DNA from: Octopus sinensis
Taxonomy: Eukaryota
Length of the DNA stretch: 64,000 bases
Reading direction: 5' to 3'
Assembly (NCBI RefSeq): GCF_006345805.1
Contig: NC_043007.1
Span: 62,124,001 to 62,188,000, forward strand
In this document: positions 12,178 through 27,720 of the stretch, in pieces
How the letters are laid out: each line of letters opens with the position of its first letter
Numbering within the stretch: the stretch's first letter is position 1
Notes under the pieces: model-generated
What the model was told of the DNA's origin: nothing
Databases searched by the model: none
What the model saw: the letters and a program-made list of their open reading frames with translations, nothing else
Position numbers and translations under genes: made by a program

Positions 12178-12967
12178 AGCATAGTGACACACACACACAT
12201 ACATATATGCATAGACACACATACATACACAAACATACAGGAGCACTCCGTCGGTTACGACGACGAGGGTCCCAGCTGATACGGTCAACGGAACAGCCTA
12301 CTCGTGTAATTAACGTGAAAGTGACTGAGCAATCCACAGACACGTGTACCCCTAACAGAGTGTGACAAGCCCGGCCTTTTGAAATACAGGTACAACTCAT
12401 TTTTCCCAGCTGAGTGGAATGGAGTAACATCAAATAAAATGTCTTGCTCAAGGACAACAACGCGTCGCCGGAAATCGAACTCACGACCCTACAATCGTGA
12501 ACCGAATGCCCTGAACATTAAAACAACGCGCCTTCACAAACATATAAGCATACACACAAACACACACACACACACACATGTATATATATTCATAAATGGA
12601 TAAAAAAAAGTGCCGTGAACTAACCGTGAGGAGTGGAAATCTAATGTATCGGACGGTGTACTTCTTCAAGGGAAGAGGTGAAAGGAAAGAAATTAATAAG
12701 GGCCTGCAAAGTTTTACCATTCCCTAAGCTTCTCTTTAACTTAGAGGATGTAAGACTATGCTGTCTCTCATTAATTTCTCTCCTTAAACTTTGTTCGATT
12801 GTTCGATCATTGTATCTATATACATATACGTACATAAACACGCACACTCACACACACACACACACACAAACACACTGATCATTATAATATGTTGTATATA
12901 ACTACAAAATAATTTTGTGGATGCTCAAGCCTCCATACTGTTTATTAATATTAATATTAATATTAAT

Positions 12968-13093
<126 letters not shown>

Positions 13094-13338
13094 CATTTAT
13101 CTATTTTAGTTATGGGACTGTGGTCGTGCTGGTGCACCGCATTTAAGCGTTTTCGTCGAATATATCAACCACACCACGGTCTTCCACAATGTTTCCGTCA
13201 ACCCAATTCACTCAGAAGGCATCCGTTGGCTCGGGGCTGTTATACAAGACACGTCCCCAAGACACTGCATTGTAAGACTGAACTCGAAACCACGTGAGTG
13301 CAAAGCGAGCTTCTTGACCACACAGCCATATCTTTATT

Positions 13339-13380
<42 letters not shown>

Positions 13381-13470
13381 GCAGACGTACACACACACAC
13401 ACACATATATATATATACACACACATAGATACATAAATACATATATGAATGTGTGTGTGTATGTGTGTGC

Positions 13471-13561
<91 letters not shown>

Positions 13562-13651
13562 CATACACACACATATATAAGGCGGTGTACCAGCATGACC
13601 GCAGTCTGACGACTGAAACAAGTATATGATAGAAGATAATATTTATATATA

Positions 13652-14922
13652 TTAGGTTGTCCAGAAAGTTCTGAGCGTTTTTTAATATACAAAAAGGTAT
13701 ATAAATGATTGACCTTTCAACAAATTTTATTCTATGAAATGATTTCCATAATTATTAATGACCTTTGCCCATCTATCAGGCAATTTAAATATTACATCAA
13801 CATAAAATCTGACTGGTTTTGAAGAAACAAAGTTATCTAGATGCATTTTGACTCAATCTAAATTGTTAAATGTTTTCCCTTGCAATGAGTTCTGTAGAGA
13901 CAATAACAAGAGCTCGTCGGTTGGCCCAATATCAGAATACGATAGATGTGGTAAGAGATCCCAGCCAAATACACATGTGGTCGGGTATTGTCTTGTTGGA
14001 ACACTAGCCTTTTCCTGTTGGCAATTTCAGGTCTCAATTCTTTGATTTTTTGGTTCAAATTATCCAGCTGACGACAATATACATCAGAATTAATTATCTA
14101 GTTTTGTGGGAAAGGCTCATCATAAATAATGCCTTTATGATCCCACCAAACACAAAACATAGCTTTTTTGACATGGATATCCGTTTTGGTTGTTGTTTCG
14201 GTGGATCCTTACGAAAACTCCTGGATCTACTTCGCACTACGTTTTTGTACACAATCCTTTGTTTCATCTCCAGTCACAAGTTGTTTAAAAATAAAGGCAT
14301 GCTTTCATTCCGCTTCAAAAGCATATCACAAACGGAATACCAGTCCAAGCAAGTCTTTTATGAGAGTTTGTGAGGGACCCATACTTTATAGCGAGAAATG
14401 TATCCTAGCTTTACTAGGTGTTCATGAGCCGTACTTTTAGATACTTGCAACTCCTCTGCAAGTTCTCTAGTCGTGATATTTCAGTTTTCTTCGATTTTGG
14501 CCTTCAAAACATTTACATCCAATTTTGAAGGTCTTCCATTGCAACTGTCATCTTCCAAACTAAATTCTCCGGCTTTAAACTTTGTAAACCACCTTCGAAC
14601 ATCTACAGTACCATCACCTGATTCATCTACAGCACCATCACCATAAACTTCACAAACGTTTTTGCAAGTTTTTGCAGCATTTTCTCCTTTTTAAAAAACA
14701 AAAACCTATTACAACGCAAATATGAAAAATCTGGTTATCCATTTCAAATGTCAATAAAGGCAACCCGAATGAAAGATAGATTTATTTTTAGCCCGGAACA
14801 ATAAAGAGATGCACTATTACTTCAAACAATACCAAAGTTTTAACTATGTTACGTTTCAGGCGTATTCAATAAAGCGTTAACAGATTTAGCTTAAAATCGC
14901 TCAGAACTTTCCGGAAGACCTA

Positions 14923-14923
<1 letters not shown>
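13652..14923 (-). mobile_element. Full-length decayed mariner transposon
   Basis: TIRs TTAGGTTGTCCAGAAAGTTCTGAGCG / CGCTCAGAACTTTCCGGAAGACCTAA with TA flanks. Transposase remnants (FQQDNTRPH). A further piece lies at ~18340-18450. Confidence 0.85.
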
Positions 14924-14949
<26 letters not shown>

Positions 14950-14953
<4 letters not shown>

Positions 14954-15385
14954 GTTTCAAAAAATTTGATATTATTTCGCAATGTAATAACTTTGCCAGT
15001 TCTTGTTCAAATGACTTCAAATTTTTACAGCATATGCAGAAACAGGTCAAAATTTTGTTTATCTCTTGAGGTATAGAAATGGCATTTACTAGAAGAGAAA
15101 AGGCGCTTTGTGTGTTGGAGTATGCTCAAACACAGTCGAACAAGACTGTGAAACGTGCATTTATGAGTGAGTTCTCTAAAAAGTTACCAAAGGCAATGAA
15201 GATTTGGACATGGCACAAAAAATTCAAAAGGAAGGCTACCTGTGCAGGACAAAAGGATCTAGACGACCACTAATATCAGAAGAGACGGTCGAGCGGGTTC
15301 GCCAAAAGCTCTTGCGAAGCCCCAAAAAGTCTATAAGAAGAACAAGTCTGGAAACCCAGATTCCTCCAATGGCAGTTTGGCGTAT
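14950..15385 (+). mobile_element. 5' fragment of a Tc1/mariner-superfamily element (HTH region)
   Basis: Frameshifted MAFTRREKALCVLEYAQTQSNKTVKRAF...SPKKSIRRTSLETQIP; starts TA+GGGTGTTTCAAAAA. Confidence 0.7.
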
Positions 15386-15607
15386 CCAGAGTGATGCAGT
15401 ACGACCGTTTCGAGTGACTCCATTTAATTGAACACTGCAATCATTACATCGAGTTAAATGCAGTGCCATCTTCAGCTACACAAATAAATAAATATTTATA
15501 AACTTGATATCCTGTTGCTTATTTTGATTTTATTCACCTTACTTTGAGCTGTGTGGATAATACCAAACTGACTTGGTGCTTCAACTTAAATACCTAATTC
15601 AAGTGAA

Positions 15608-15669
<62 letters not shown>

Positions 15670-17885
15670 TGCACCATATATATTAAAATAGTAGGAACAC
15701 AGAAAATATGAGAGTAATACTGAATTATGTGAACAAATGATGCTGCCCCCCTTCGTCGGCATTTATCGGCAAAAATACAACACAAAAACAGAGGCCCTTC
15801 TATATACTATATAAGGACAGTCAGGTTGAGAATGGAATAGAGGAAGAACGTAGTGAGAGGATAATAGAGTATGACAAAAATGTGTGATAGTGTGGAGAAA
15901 AGAAAAGACTGCTCTCGGAACATACGCCGCATACAATGCGTATAATAACGTTGATCACATTGCATGTCTGTTTCTTTAATGATGCGAAGCAATTATCTAA
16001 TAAGAAAATATAAATTATCAGGTATTAATTATCAGCATGAACAAAGAATTCCTACATTCACTAGTTCTCAGCAAAATGCAAAGAAATTGCGCAGTATTAC
16101 AGTAATAGTACAGGTTTTGTCCAGTACAATTTTTGTCCTGTAACAATAATGATTTAAAGTTTTGGCAAAGGCCAGCAATTTCGGGGAAGTTGGTAAGTCG
16201 ATTACATCAACCCCAGTACTCAACTTGTAAAGTCGATCTCGGTAGAACTTGAACTCAGAACGTAAAGACGGACAAAATGCCGCTGAGCAATTTGAGAGAG
16301 TGAAGAGTGGTGACGGCGTTCGTTTTGTCTTTTTAAATGCTTCAGAAAGGACGTAAGAGAGAAAGAAAGTGAGAGAGAGAGGGAGAGAGAGAGAAAGTGA
16401 GAGAGAAAGAGAGAAAGTGAAAGAGACAGTGAGTGGTGACGGCGTTCATCGCAAGAGAAGTAGATACATAGATACATATACACATTGTTAAATCAAAAGC
16501 GAGAGAGAAGAGAGACACAAAGGAAGTGAAAGAGAAAGAGAGAAACTGAGAGAGACAGTAAATACATAAATCGAAAGAAAAGTTAATACACAGATACATA
16601 CACAGCAAATATTGGATGTCAATTTCACTTGTCATTACCGCACGAGGATAAAATTTGTAAAGACGTGGTGTTTTGCTCCAAAATTTAAATTTTGAATTTG
16701 TTTTCATTATAAAATTACACCTCAGCTAAAAAACATCTTTTGGCTTCGGAATACAACATTGTCTTTTTCTTTCTATATTTTTTAAGTTAGAATTTCTGGC
16801 TCATTTGTTGATGTGTCATCATTACACATCCACATTACACCTTTAAGATCGGGGAACCAGTTAAAGGTCCGCTGGATCACTCTCGGCATACCAGCAAATC
16901 ACAAAATCGCACCAGCCAGCATCGCCACTACCTCCAGGACCGTCATATATATATATGTAGGTATGTATGTATGTATGTATGTATGTATGTATGTATGTAT
17001 GTATGCATGCATGTATATATATGTGTGTGCTTGTGTCTGTGTTTGTTCCACCACCACCATTGCTTGACAACCGATGTTGGTGCGTTTGTGTCCCTGTAAT
17101 TTAGCTGTTCAGCAGAAGAGACTTATACAATAAGCAACAGGCCTACAGGGAATAAGTCCAGGAGTCAATATCTTCGACTAAAGGGTGGTGCTCTAGCATG
17201 GCCACCGTCAAATGACTGAAACAAGTAAAAGAATAAAAGAATGTCAGAAAAAAGTTCTGTACCACTAAACCAAGAAGGTTCTTCGAATATGTACGATGTA
17301 TTATAAGGTTAAATAGTAATTCCATTTACGTTTGTGTAACTGAGATATTTTGGTTGGATTATATAGTCATTGGTGTTACATTAGTTTCTATATTCTTTAA
17401 CTGTCACAATATACTTTTCTAGGTCTGAAAGTTTTGTGGGCAGGGGGCCAGTTGATTAGATCGACTCCAATACACAACTGATACTTAATTTATCGACTCC
17501 TAAGGACGAAAGGCAAAGTCGATCTCAGCAGAATTTGAACTCAGAACGTAAAGAAAGACAGTCATAATATATAAACATTTCTCATGACACCAGTTCACTG
17601 TTTACAGATCCTTACATTTTTTATGTTTTCCATGAAATTTTCACGGGTCCAGCTAGCTATTATTATTATTACGACGGCGAGCTAGCAGAATCGTTAGCAC
17701 GCCGGGGAAAATGCTTAGCGGCATTTCGTCCGTTTTCACGTTCTGGGTTCAAATTCCGCCGAGGTCGACTTTACCTTTTATCCTTTCGGGGTCGATAAAT
17801 TAAATACCAGTCAAGTATTGGGGTCGATGTGATTGCTATCCTCCTCCCTACAAATTCAAGGCATTGTGCCTATAGTTGAAAGAAA

Positions 17886-18171
<286 letters not shown>

Positions 18172-18547
18172 ATGCGACTGTTATCGAATGAACAATATTT
18201 TGACATCTCGTGTATCTTCCACAAGTTCAAAATAAACATCTCAATCTACTTCATTTTGGTAATATTTGAAGGACCTGGTCTATGACCCCACCCCCTCTTC
18301 CTGCAAACCTAGAGGTACTCGAGTAGAGTATCACTCTCGCTCATAATAAATAATGCCTTTATGATCCCACCAAACACAAACTATAGCTTTTTTGGCATGG
18401 ATATCCGTTTTGGTTGTTGTTTTGGGGGATCGTTACGCAAACTCCTGGATGCTTTCTGAGTGAATTTGGTCGCACTCTTCTTATTGTTTCTTTAATTTCT
18501 GGAGGATTAACATCAATCCTTTAATTATTATTATTATCAATTATAAC

Positions 18548-18607
<60 letters not shown>

Positions 18608-19189
18608 CATTATCATCATCATCGTCATCATCATCATCATCATCATTATTGTTTTTATTATTAAGAGAGAGGCTTCCGAGGAAATATTTGTGGCAACTCC
18701 ATAAAACCACAATTACCCTGACCACTAAGACAAATACTTTCTTTCAGTTGTTCTCATCCAATTTATAAACTCTTGCTTACAGTAGCCTCGTTCATTCGGA
18801 TCAAGCACACCGCTCTCATCTGCTTTTTAAATTTGCTGAGAAATGGCATCCTTACTTTTCTTTTCCAGTAAAACTTGAAAAAGTTAATGAGGGTTTGGCC
18901 GAAAGAAAACCAAAGGAAGATGACAGATGATCTTCACAACGGACTCAGCTGATAACTAGATACTTCCTATACGTTATTGCAGCAGTTCAACATTAACCCA
19001 CAAGTCAACAATACATGCGGAAGAGTTACATCACTCTGCGCATATAATTGTGGTACATGACCAGCAATTTTAAGGGAAGTGAAGGGTAAGTGAATTAAAT
19101 CGACCCCAGTACTTTACGCCATTATTATGTAAAATAATGATATTCTGATAATGATATGCAATATAATAATAATGATAATAATAATATCA

Positions 19190-19485
19190 AATTTTTGTCA
19201 CAGGGGCAGCTTGGAGGAGGAATTAAGTCGATTACATCGACCCCAGTGCGTAACTGGTACTTATTTAATTCACCCCGAAAGGATGAAAGGTAAAGTCGAC
19301 CTCGGTGGAATTTAAACTCAACGTAAAGACAGACGAAATACCTATTTCTTTACTACCCACAAGGGGCTAAACACAGAGGAGACAAACAAGGACAGACAAA
19401 CGGATTAAGTCGATTATATCGACCTCAGTGCGTAACTGGTACTTATTTTATCGACCCCGAAAGGATGAAAGGTAAAGTCGACCTC
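19190..19485 (-). mobile_element. SINE dimer remnant
   Basis: Two SINE units joined by the same junction seen in the 40848-41850 array. Confidence 0.75.
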
Positions 19486-19489
19486 ATAC

Positions 19490-20705
19490 TAAAGAACAGT
19501 AGTAGCCCAAAACGTGTATGTAAACAACAAAATGAAACCATCGATCATGTCTCCATGTGCAGTCTTCTTGCGCCTACAGAGTATCTCAACAGGCATGATA
19601 GAGACGCACAGTATATTAACTGGGTAATATGCAATGACTTGGACCTGCCTCATGATAAAAACTGGTAGGAACACAAACCACCTCCAGTGCTTGAAAACGA
19701 CATCTAACAAAAAGATAGATGCGAATAGGCCAGACATCATATTGAAAGACTTCAGACAAAAAACATGCCTCCTCATTGATAATACAGTCCCAATCGACAT
19801 AAATGTGTCTCTCAAGACCTACCAAAAACTGAGCAAGTATAAAGATCTTGAAATAGAAATTGGCAAAATGTGGAACCTCTAGACAAAAACAATACCTGTT
19901 GTCATAGGTGCTCTAGGAATGATAGCAAAAGGAGCTGATTGCTACCTAGCTCAGATACCAGGAAATCCAAAAATCGAAGGAATTCAAAAAATGGTGCTTA
20001 TGGGAACTGTCTATATCCTTCGTAAAATACTGTCTATGTAATCCTAAATATTAAAACAAACTTATAATTTCCTTATGTTTTCTTAGACATTCTCTAGTAC
20101 AAAATTTTGTGCAAAACCAAATATATGGCGCCCCTAGTGATAACACCAGCTTGAACTTCTAGCTTGTTGTCTCTTGGGGTCTCTGGGTGAAATTTGGAGT
20201 CAACTTGTACAAATACAAACCGAAAGTCAAACATAATAATATTTTGGCGATACTATGAGGTAGTGAAAGTGCTACATTGGAAACTGCAAAAAGCGGGGGC
20301 GCTAGGGAGAGGCAAGACATGGTATGAGTACAAACCTCAGAGTGGCGGAGTCGGAGACCTGAAAAATCGTCTGGGATTTCCCAATCCAAGCAGATCGGGT
20401 GCTAGAGCATAAAAGATCGGACCTAGTGGTGGATGACAAGATGCACCACATGTGCTATATAGTTAATGTTGCGTGTCCCTTTGACCCACGAATAGTCAAG
20501 AAGGAAGGCGAAAAAATAGATATACACAGTCCTCTTAAGTACGAAATAGCCCGCTTATGGAAAATGAAGAAGGTAAAGACAGTGCTTACTATTGGTGGTT
20601 CTTTGGGTAGTGTATTAGAAGGCATCAAGAGGAATATCAAGGAAATTGGAATAGAGTGTCCAGTAGAACTGTTACAAAAGGTTTATCTCCTTGGCACCGT
20701 CAGAA
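19490..20705 (+). mobile_element. Two adjacent 3' fragments of R4/Dong-like RLE non-LTR retrotransposons
   Basis: ETIDHVSMC..RHD, ANRPDIIL...KLSKYKDLEIEI; the second unit has HKRSDLVV...NVACPFD...LKYEIARLW. Confidence 0.8.
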
Positions 20706-20708
20706 TGG

Positions 20709-20745
<37 letters not shown>

Positions 20746-20822
20746 AACAATGTCCGCTCTCACAGAATCAACCAAAACAAACAAGACCGAGCGCTCTGAG
20801 AAATAAAACAATAATAATAATA

Positions 20823-20896
<74 letters not shown>

Positions 20897-21129
20897 CGAC
20901 GACGACGACGATTTCTTTTATTTACAACTAGAGCGACGGATGAAGGGAACAATACAATGAAGGACATAAAGTGTAGGGATTTACTAAGAATTGAATGGTA
21001 AGTAAAAAGACAATACAAGCATACCTGGTATACAGTATTCACAAACATGTATACATGGTACACATCAATAAAGAAAAGTAAAAAAAAATTATAGTGATGT
21101 GATCCTCCAGATACAGGAGAACATCTAGG

Positions 21130-21800
21130 ACCAATCAAGGAACCCCACTAAGCAAGATTTCCCAGAACACCAAGTATAAGTACTCTCTTTCATTTCTGTT
21201 CCCTGGTTTACAAATGCGATGCCATTCACTCGTACCATTTTCGTCACTTCCATCCACCTTTCTATAAATTCACTCGAGGACAGCACTCCTTCACCACCCT
21301 AATTTTCCTTAACAAGTAAAACTTGAAAAAGTCGATGAGGGCTCTAAAAAAGATAAATGTCACTGTTCTCATGCCGGTCAGCCTCATCCACCACACAACC
21401 TTTTTTTCACCATAGCCGCCAGACAAAATAAAACTGCTTTTTTACCCGGTTACAGGAGGGTGGCTAGGCAATCATCATTATGGACTCAGCTGGTAGCCGG
21501 GTCCATCCCACACAAGACAGTAACTGTTTGATATAACTCCACAACCCAGCAATGCCAGACACCGAAAGAGTGCGTGTAGAACAGGTTCGTCTCTTTGCGT
21601 GCATTTTGGACAAGCCTTCTGACGGCACATCCATACCTGTAGAGATTTTCTCCAACCGGTTAGAATCCCTCGATAGCACGACCAGGTGAAGGGATTCTGG
21701 AAATTATCCATGGTAGTACCCGATCTGAACAGACTGGCCAGTTCATTTTCATCGATGTCCTGAGTCTCCCTGAGGACCTCATTACTCTTCCCCACCACTA
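21130..21800 (-). mobile_element. L1/Tx1-like LINE 3' fragment
   Basis: Zinc-knuckle remnant CPKCTQRDEPVLHALFRC; related to 26930-27720. Confidence 0.6.
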
Positions 21801-21955
21801 ATTCTCTATAGATTGCTCGAGTGAAACGTCCACCAATCCCATTTCCCGACGAGTAGCGTACAGTGAGAGCCTACCAATGTATACAGTACATGTCTCTGCC
21901 CCAGGTGTCAGGAAGACACTCGGCAAGAAATGGAAACAGAATTGAAAGAAGATGC

Positions 21956-21997
<42 letters not shown>

Positions 21998-21999
<2 letters not shown>

Positions 22000-22553
22000 G
22001 CCCTGATGCAGTACCAGGCAGTGGCTCTCATGGCTTCTGATCTTAACTGATTGGAAGTGTTATCATGTACATTGTTTTGTCTTGGTATAAAAGATGGGCT
22101 ACAGCAAATATTCTGCTCAATACCACAGATTTGCTTCTCAGTTGTTTGACCTTAACCAGTTGAGCATGTCCCTTAGTGGCTGACGATATGTGCATCTCTG
22201 ATCACGAGCAGAAGTAGTGGGGGAGCATCATAGCCATGTGTTGAGAGGGATTCTTTGGGGTTTGAATAATTCACCTCTGGAAACATGGGTGGTTCTTTCA
22301 ACATCCTTAAACAACCCTTATTCAGGGACCTTTTGAGCGGGATGGGCTACTCAACCTGAAGAAAATTCTAACTGGGCCCCACCTGCAAGGTCATGTGCTG
22401 TTTATCTTGATATGAGATCACCATGTCGCGCACATATGGTTGTGATGCATGTGCCTGGTGTACCTTTATCAGACGGGTAGTCATGATGGGTATATTGGGC
22501 TTCGTATATTTTACCCCAGTGTCACTTTGATGGCATGCACTGCTCTCTCACTC
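21998..22553. mobile_element. Non-coding repeat embedded in (TAA)n, probably a retroelement end or SINE
   Basis: Flanked by (AAT)n on both sides; partial copy at ~63670-63760. Confidence 0.55.
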
Positions 22554-22696
<143 letters not shown>

Positions 22697-23945
22697 AAGA
22701 AGAAACTTGTTAAAATATACATTTATGCATACATACACCCATGTATACCTATACATATCCACTTATGGATACATATACATACTTCATATATACATTCTTG
22801 CATAGGTACACATATATGCATATACAGACTTACACACAAACGCACGTATACATAACATACGTACATGAATATACACGTGCATAATATACTTACATACATA
22901 CATACATACATAAATAAATACATACATACATACATACATACATACATACATAATATACATACAAGAAGCTAACTATATACAGGGGTCACGGATCTCCGTC
23001 GTTCGAAGATAAGGATTCAGTTGTTGATGAATTAAGTACCCTGCTTTTTTAATTAACATGGTTGAGTATTCCACTGAAACGTATACCTTAACATAATTCT
23101 CAGGTAGGATCAGTATGTCATAGGGTGTGACAAGGCTTTTATCGTCGGCATTAACTCGTATCTGAGAAGTTAATCTGTAGTGAGTGATTGAACCTCTTCA
23201 TGCTGATGGATGAGGACGACCTTCACGCAAGAGCCGTCAGTGTATATCTCCATACTAGAGGTTTCCAGCGGACCAAGCCTGCCCCCGTCGCCCAGTTTAT
23301 CATCGTTACTGGACTTAGAGAAGGAAGCGGAGAGGCTTATTGTTCGAGCCACAGATGGCCTTCATGTGATTCTGTTTAGAGTGGACTATGTGATGAGATC
23401 ACAAGGCCTACGCACTTGGCCACCCGCCTTCACCAACGGCACCATCGGGATTAGTGACATGCTGGATCTGGTTAGGGTGGTTGCGGATGTCTCAGATATA
23501 ATCGAGATCATAAACATGTCATCCAAATACAGATCTTACAACTTCCATAAACTGATTGCAATTTCATGTTTGTACCAGCAATCAATGACAAACTTAGTTA
23601 TATTGCCAAATTTCTAAGTAATACTGCTCAAAGACTGAATCTTTGAGGCAAAGGAAATTTCACAGACTGACAGACAGACTGCAGTAGATAAAGAGAGAAC
23701 ATACATACATAGATACATACATACATACATACATACATACATACATACATACATACATACATACATACATACATGCACATACATACACATATATAAACAT
23801 ATCTATGTATAATATATATAATGTGTGTGTGTGTGCGTGCATGTGAGTGTGTCCGTGTGTGTGTGCGCGTGCTTGTGTGTGGAACAAGACTAAGCAAGGT
23901 TCCTTAAAGATCAGAAAATATTTACATTAAACATATAGTACTTAC

Positions 23946-25074
23946 ATAGATAGAGCATCCATGTTTTGGTTGCAAATGCACGAATGAGAGATCTTAGGAT
24001 GAAGAAGATCAGAGAAGTAACACCAATTAGTGGTTCTGATAAAAACATTTGCATTATTTTCAGGGTAAGAATGGACAGCATTGGTATACCAATAGACATG
24101 GCAGCTCCATAATAGCCAAGTTGAACAGAATCCCAACAAAAGGGAGCATTCAGTTCGTAGAGTATCTCCAGACCAAATTCACCAATTACACTTTGACTTA
24201 ACGATGCAAACGCCAATAAACAAAGCCAAAATTTCAACCTCTGTGACCCAGACTTAGTTTTGCTGGATGTATAAAACATAGTTACCCGTCGAGCACTCTT
24301 CTTTAAAGAAAGTTCCGAGAGTTTACCTCTTGGCATAGTCTCCGGAACCATAAATATAAAAAGAACTATCAAAACTCCGGATAAACAAATTGCAAATACT
24401 AGAGGCCAAGAAAATCCTGTTTCTCGGATAAAATAGCCAGACCCCAGGTGAGCTAACCCATAACAGATATGTGTTATGCCGTGAACTACTACTAGTAAGA
24501 ATCCTCTCTTTTTATTACGTGGAGTAATATCGGCTGTGTATGCATAGGTGACAATGATATTCAACAGATGTCCTCCGACTACTCCTTCGATGACGTAACC
24601 ACACAAAAGATATGCAGTTTTCAGTTCCAGATTCATTACAAGACAATACATAAGATATCTAAGCATATGTCCTGTCATATTGATAATAACCACCACTTTC
24701 CTTCCGAGAACATCTATCCAGGATGCTGCGATGAAAATAACAATGATGCTAGGGATGCCAGAGCATAAAGAAAACCATTGCATCCATTCTGCATTAATGG
24801 ATTGCACTTCTTGCTGTAACTTGTACCCCGGGCTAGTAACGTTCGTGAAACAGCGACCCAGACGCTGATGTGATCCATTATTACTTATGTTATGTGCAAT
24901 AAAATATTCGTTTTTTATCTTAGCATATAAATATTGCGTTAAAACGGGTTGTCCGATAGATGAAGCTACTGACTGAAGCATATGAATGACGAAGAACATA
25001 TAATGTCGCCAAGTAACATTTTGGACAAGCGAATCTTGTCGTTCGATTTTCTTCGGTTTTCCTTCTGTTACCAT
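23946..25074 (-). CDS. slc46a: SLC46-family MFS transporter, variable exon C (~TM1-10)
   Basis: Intact 1129-nt exon (376 codons + 1). TQYLYAK, ASWIDVLGRK, YAYTAD, APFCWD. Consensus donor CTAT|GTAAGT at the homologous position. Confidence 0.92.
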
Positions 25075-26929
25075 TTTGATGTAAGAGGTATTGCTATCTG
25101 TTCAAAACTTCAGATGTACGAAACTATATAAACATCCCATTTGTTTTTTGTTTTTTTGTTTTTTTCTTAAATAGCAAACTCATTATGATATGAAGATAGT
25201 AAAACCATCTAATGACTTGCTAATTAAGATTTGATGTTTGATTACTGAGATAGATGGCAAAATCCTATAAATGAAAGAATTTCGAAGAAATATCGTTTGA
25301 TTACAGATACATGCATATGATATATCACAGATAGATAAACTAGGATGAAATATATACTGACGGTGCTTTAACTAAAGCTTTCTGAATTCGAATCTTCGTA
25401 CAAGCATTAGGTTGCATGTTTGAGAAATGCATTAAACAACAATTTCTCAAAAACCTATAAACAAAAGACAATACAAAGTTATGTGTTGAACTAAATGCCA
25501 CTAGAAGAGTCAAGCAGTTTATTGTGAAAACAATAAATCTATTTGAGTGAGAAAATAAAATAAATAAGAAACGACAAAATATCAAGGGAAGACAAAGCCC
25601 TACAATTAATACTACCCGTTTCTCACTGATAATCTGATATCGACTTCGTAAGTTTAAACATGAAGTGGGTTCGTCCGGTGTAAGTTACAAAAAGCACACA
25701 AATACAGGATTCGAAAATCCCCAAAATTTTATTAATAATTCAAACTTTTAGAGGTAAAACTGGAATACTTACGGTATCCCGGTAATTATTTAATGTGCAG
25801 AATTCTTTCCTGAACTCTGGTTTTTCTTATATCACAGTGACACCTTTACATAATGATTGTGTTTAATTTTGATTATAGAGCCAAGGATAATTTCATAATT
25901 GGAATGAGCCCAAAACAATCTTATTTTGTAATATTATCACTTTAAAAGGTGAAGCTGAAATTTGACCGGCACAACTATATGTATATGTAGTGGTTTCGTG
26001 CAGGCATAGCGTGGATTCGATCCTCGATAGCCAAATTTCACTTAACACTTCAACAGTAATGTTCTCACGGTAAAACAGTAGTCTTTCTGTGAGTGACAGC
26101 AGTTACATTTGCCAGATGCCTTCGCTAAGCAAGATACTGTCTTCGCCACTTGACCTTCTGTCTTCGCCACTTGACCCTTCTAACCTCTTCTATTTTACCA
26201 AAAGTTAGAATAGAGATAATAGGTACCAGCAACGAAATCTATTGTTCTCAACAATATGTCTATCCTTCTGGCTGGTTTTGGATATCAAAAAACAAGACCT
26301 CCCTAAGCCAAAGTCATCATGTACTACCTACTTGTTAACATACGGTGCTGCCTACCTATTATATAGGCTGCTGTCTAGCTATTATCAACTATATCTAACT
26401 TATATCTTGTGCAACCTACTAGTTATAATATAGGGTGATGCCTATCATATGGTAAGCTAAATGCTATCATATAAAGTGTTTCCTTGGTGCTACGCTATAG
26501 TAAACTGCCTTACTGTTATCACAGAAAATACTGACCATCATTATCATGTAGGATGTTGCTTATACATCATGTAGGATAGCACTTAACTGTTGACATACAG
26601 GATGCTGCGTAACTCAATAGCAGCCTGTGTGCATATTACAAAAATCTAACTACATCCATGCAAATCTGAAAAATGGCAAGGGCGAAAATTAAGTAGATAT
26701 TTCAATTCAGCGATAAGTAAACATCTGCATGCCTGAAAAATAAATGAATTCCAAGAATATTAGATAAGTTAGGGTTTGAGGCAAGGGTTGTTGCTTGTGG
26801 TAGTAGTGGTGGTGGTAAAAATAAACAGTTAGAGTCCAGGCTGCATCTGTGAGAGCCCAAAGCAGAAAAAAAATGAAAAATTAAAAATTAAACAATAAAA
26901 ATTTTAAATGCAAAAAAAAATTGCGTACA

Positions 26930-27720
26930 AATGGTTATTATATGCCTCCCAACGTCGTGGGACGTTGGACGGAGGGCCCGATTAAACTGCTCAGGGTCTG
27001 GTTTGGGCCGGACCTCCAGATGGAGAAAAACTGGAGCGAGGTCACAGGCAAGGTGACGGCCATAAACCCAGACCTGGTCTGGGAAGACGCTATCGTTGCT
27101 AGGGAGGGCTGAGGTTGCACAGGTGTTTATAGCATCTGTGATAACTTACCGACTAACCGTTGTGCCTTACCCCGTTGTGTGACTGACCAAGCTGGAACGG
27201 ATCCTTTTCCGCTTTTTTGTGGAATGGGAAACCACCACTTGTGAAGCGCTCCATCTGCTGTCAGAAACCGTTAAAGGGTGGGTTGGGGATGCCTTGGCTG
27301 ATGCGCAATGCGCTGAGGTTGAGCTATCTCTGGTTCTACCTGGATGGTGAACGAGTGTGATCACTGCATGTCAGGTTTTTCCTGCCACAATTGACGTCCC
27401 TGCGGGACGTAGACACATGGATCACGCGGAGACCAAAAATGAGCGAATGGCAGAGGGAGTGCGACATGCACTCTGTTCTCTGTTCTCCCGAGCAAGCAAT
27501 ACCGGCAGCGGGGCTACCACTACGGATTTTTATAGCGGGTTTGTAGAGCACATGTCCGATGACGTCCTGGAGGAAACTCTAGGCTTCGATGGGGACCAAG
27601 CTTGACAACCTGTTCGGAAGAACATTCGAGCCGAAGTATCTGGACAACTTCCAGAAATCCCTGGCCTAGTTGTGCCACCGATCGGCTTTGCCATTTCGAG
27701 AGAGGTTGTCAAGGCATGGT
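26930..27720 (+). mobile_element. L1/Tx1-like LINE RT C-terminal fragment (frameshifted)
   Basis: PIKLLRVWFGPDLQMEKNWSEV...LSLLGRAEVAQVFIASVITYRL. Confidence 0.7.

Larger units (their letters stand above)
9835..12870. repeat. Segmental duplication, copy 2 (partner ~4095-7210)
   Basis: Direct sequence match at an offset of about 5.7 kb. Confidence 0.9.

Noticed and set aside
23210-23617. 135-aa plus-strand ORF (also 38135-38619)
   Set aside because: No recognisable domain or exon signals; likely TE-derived or chance.
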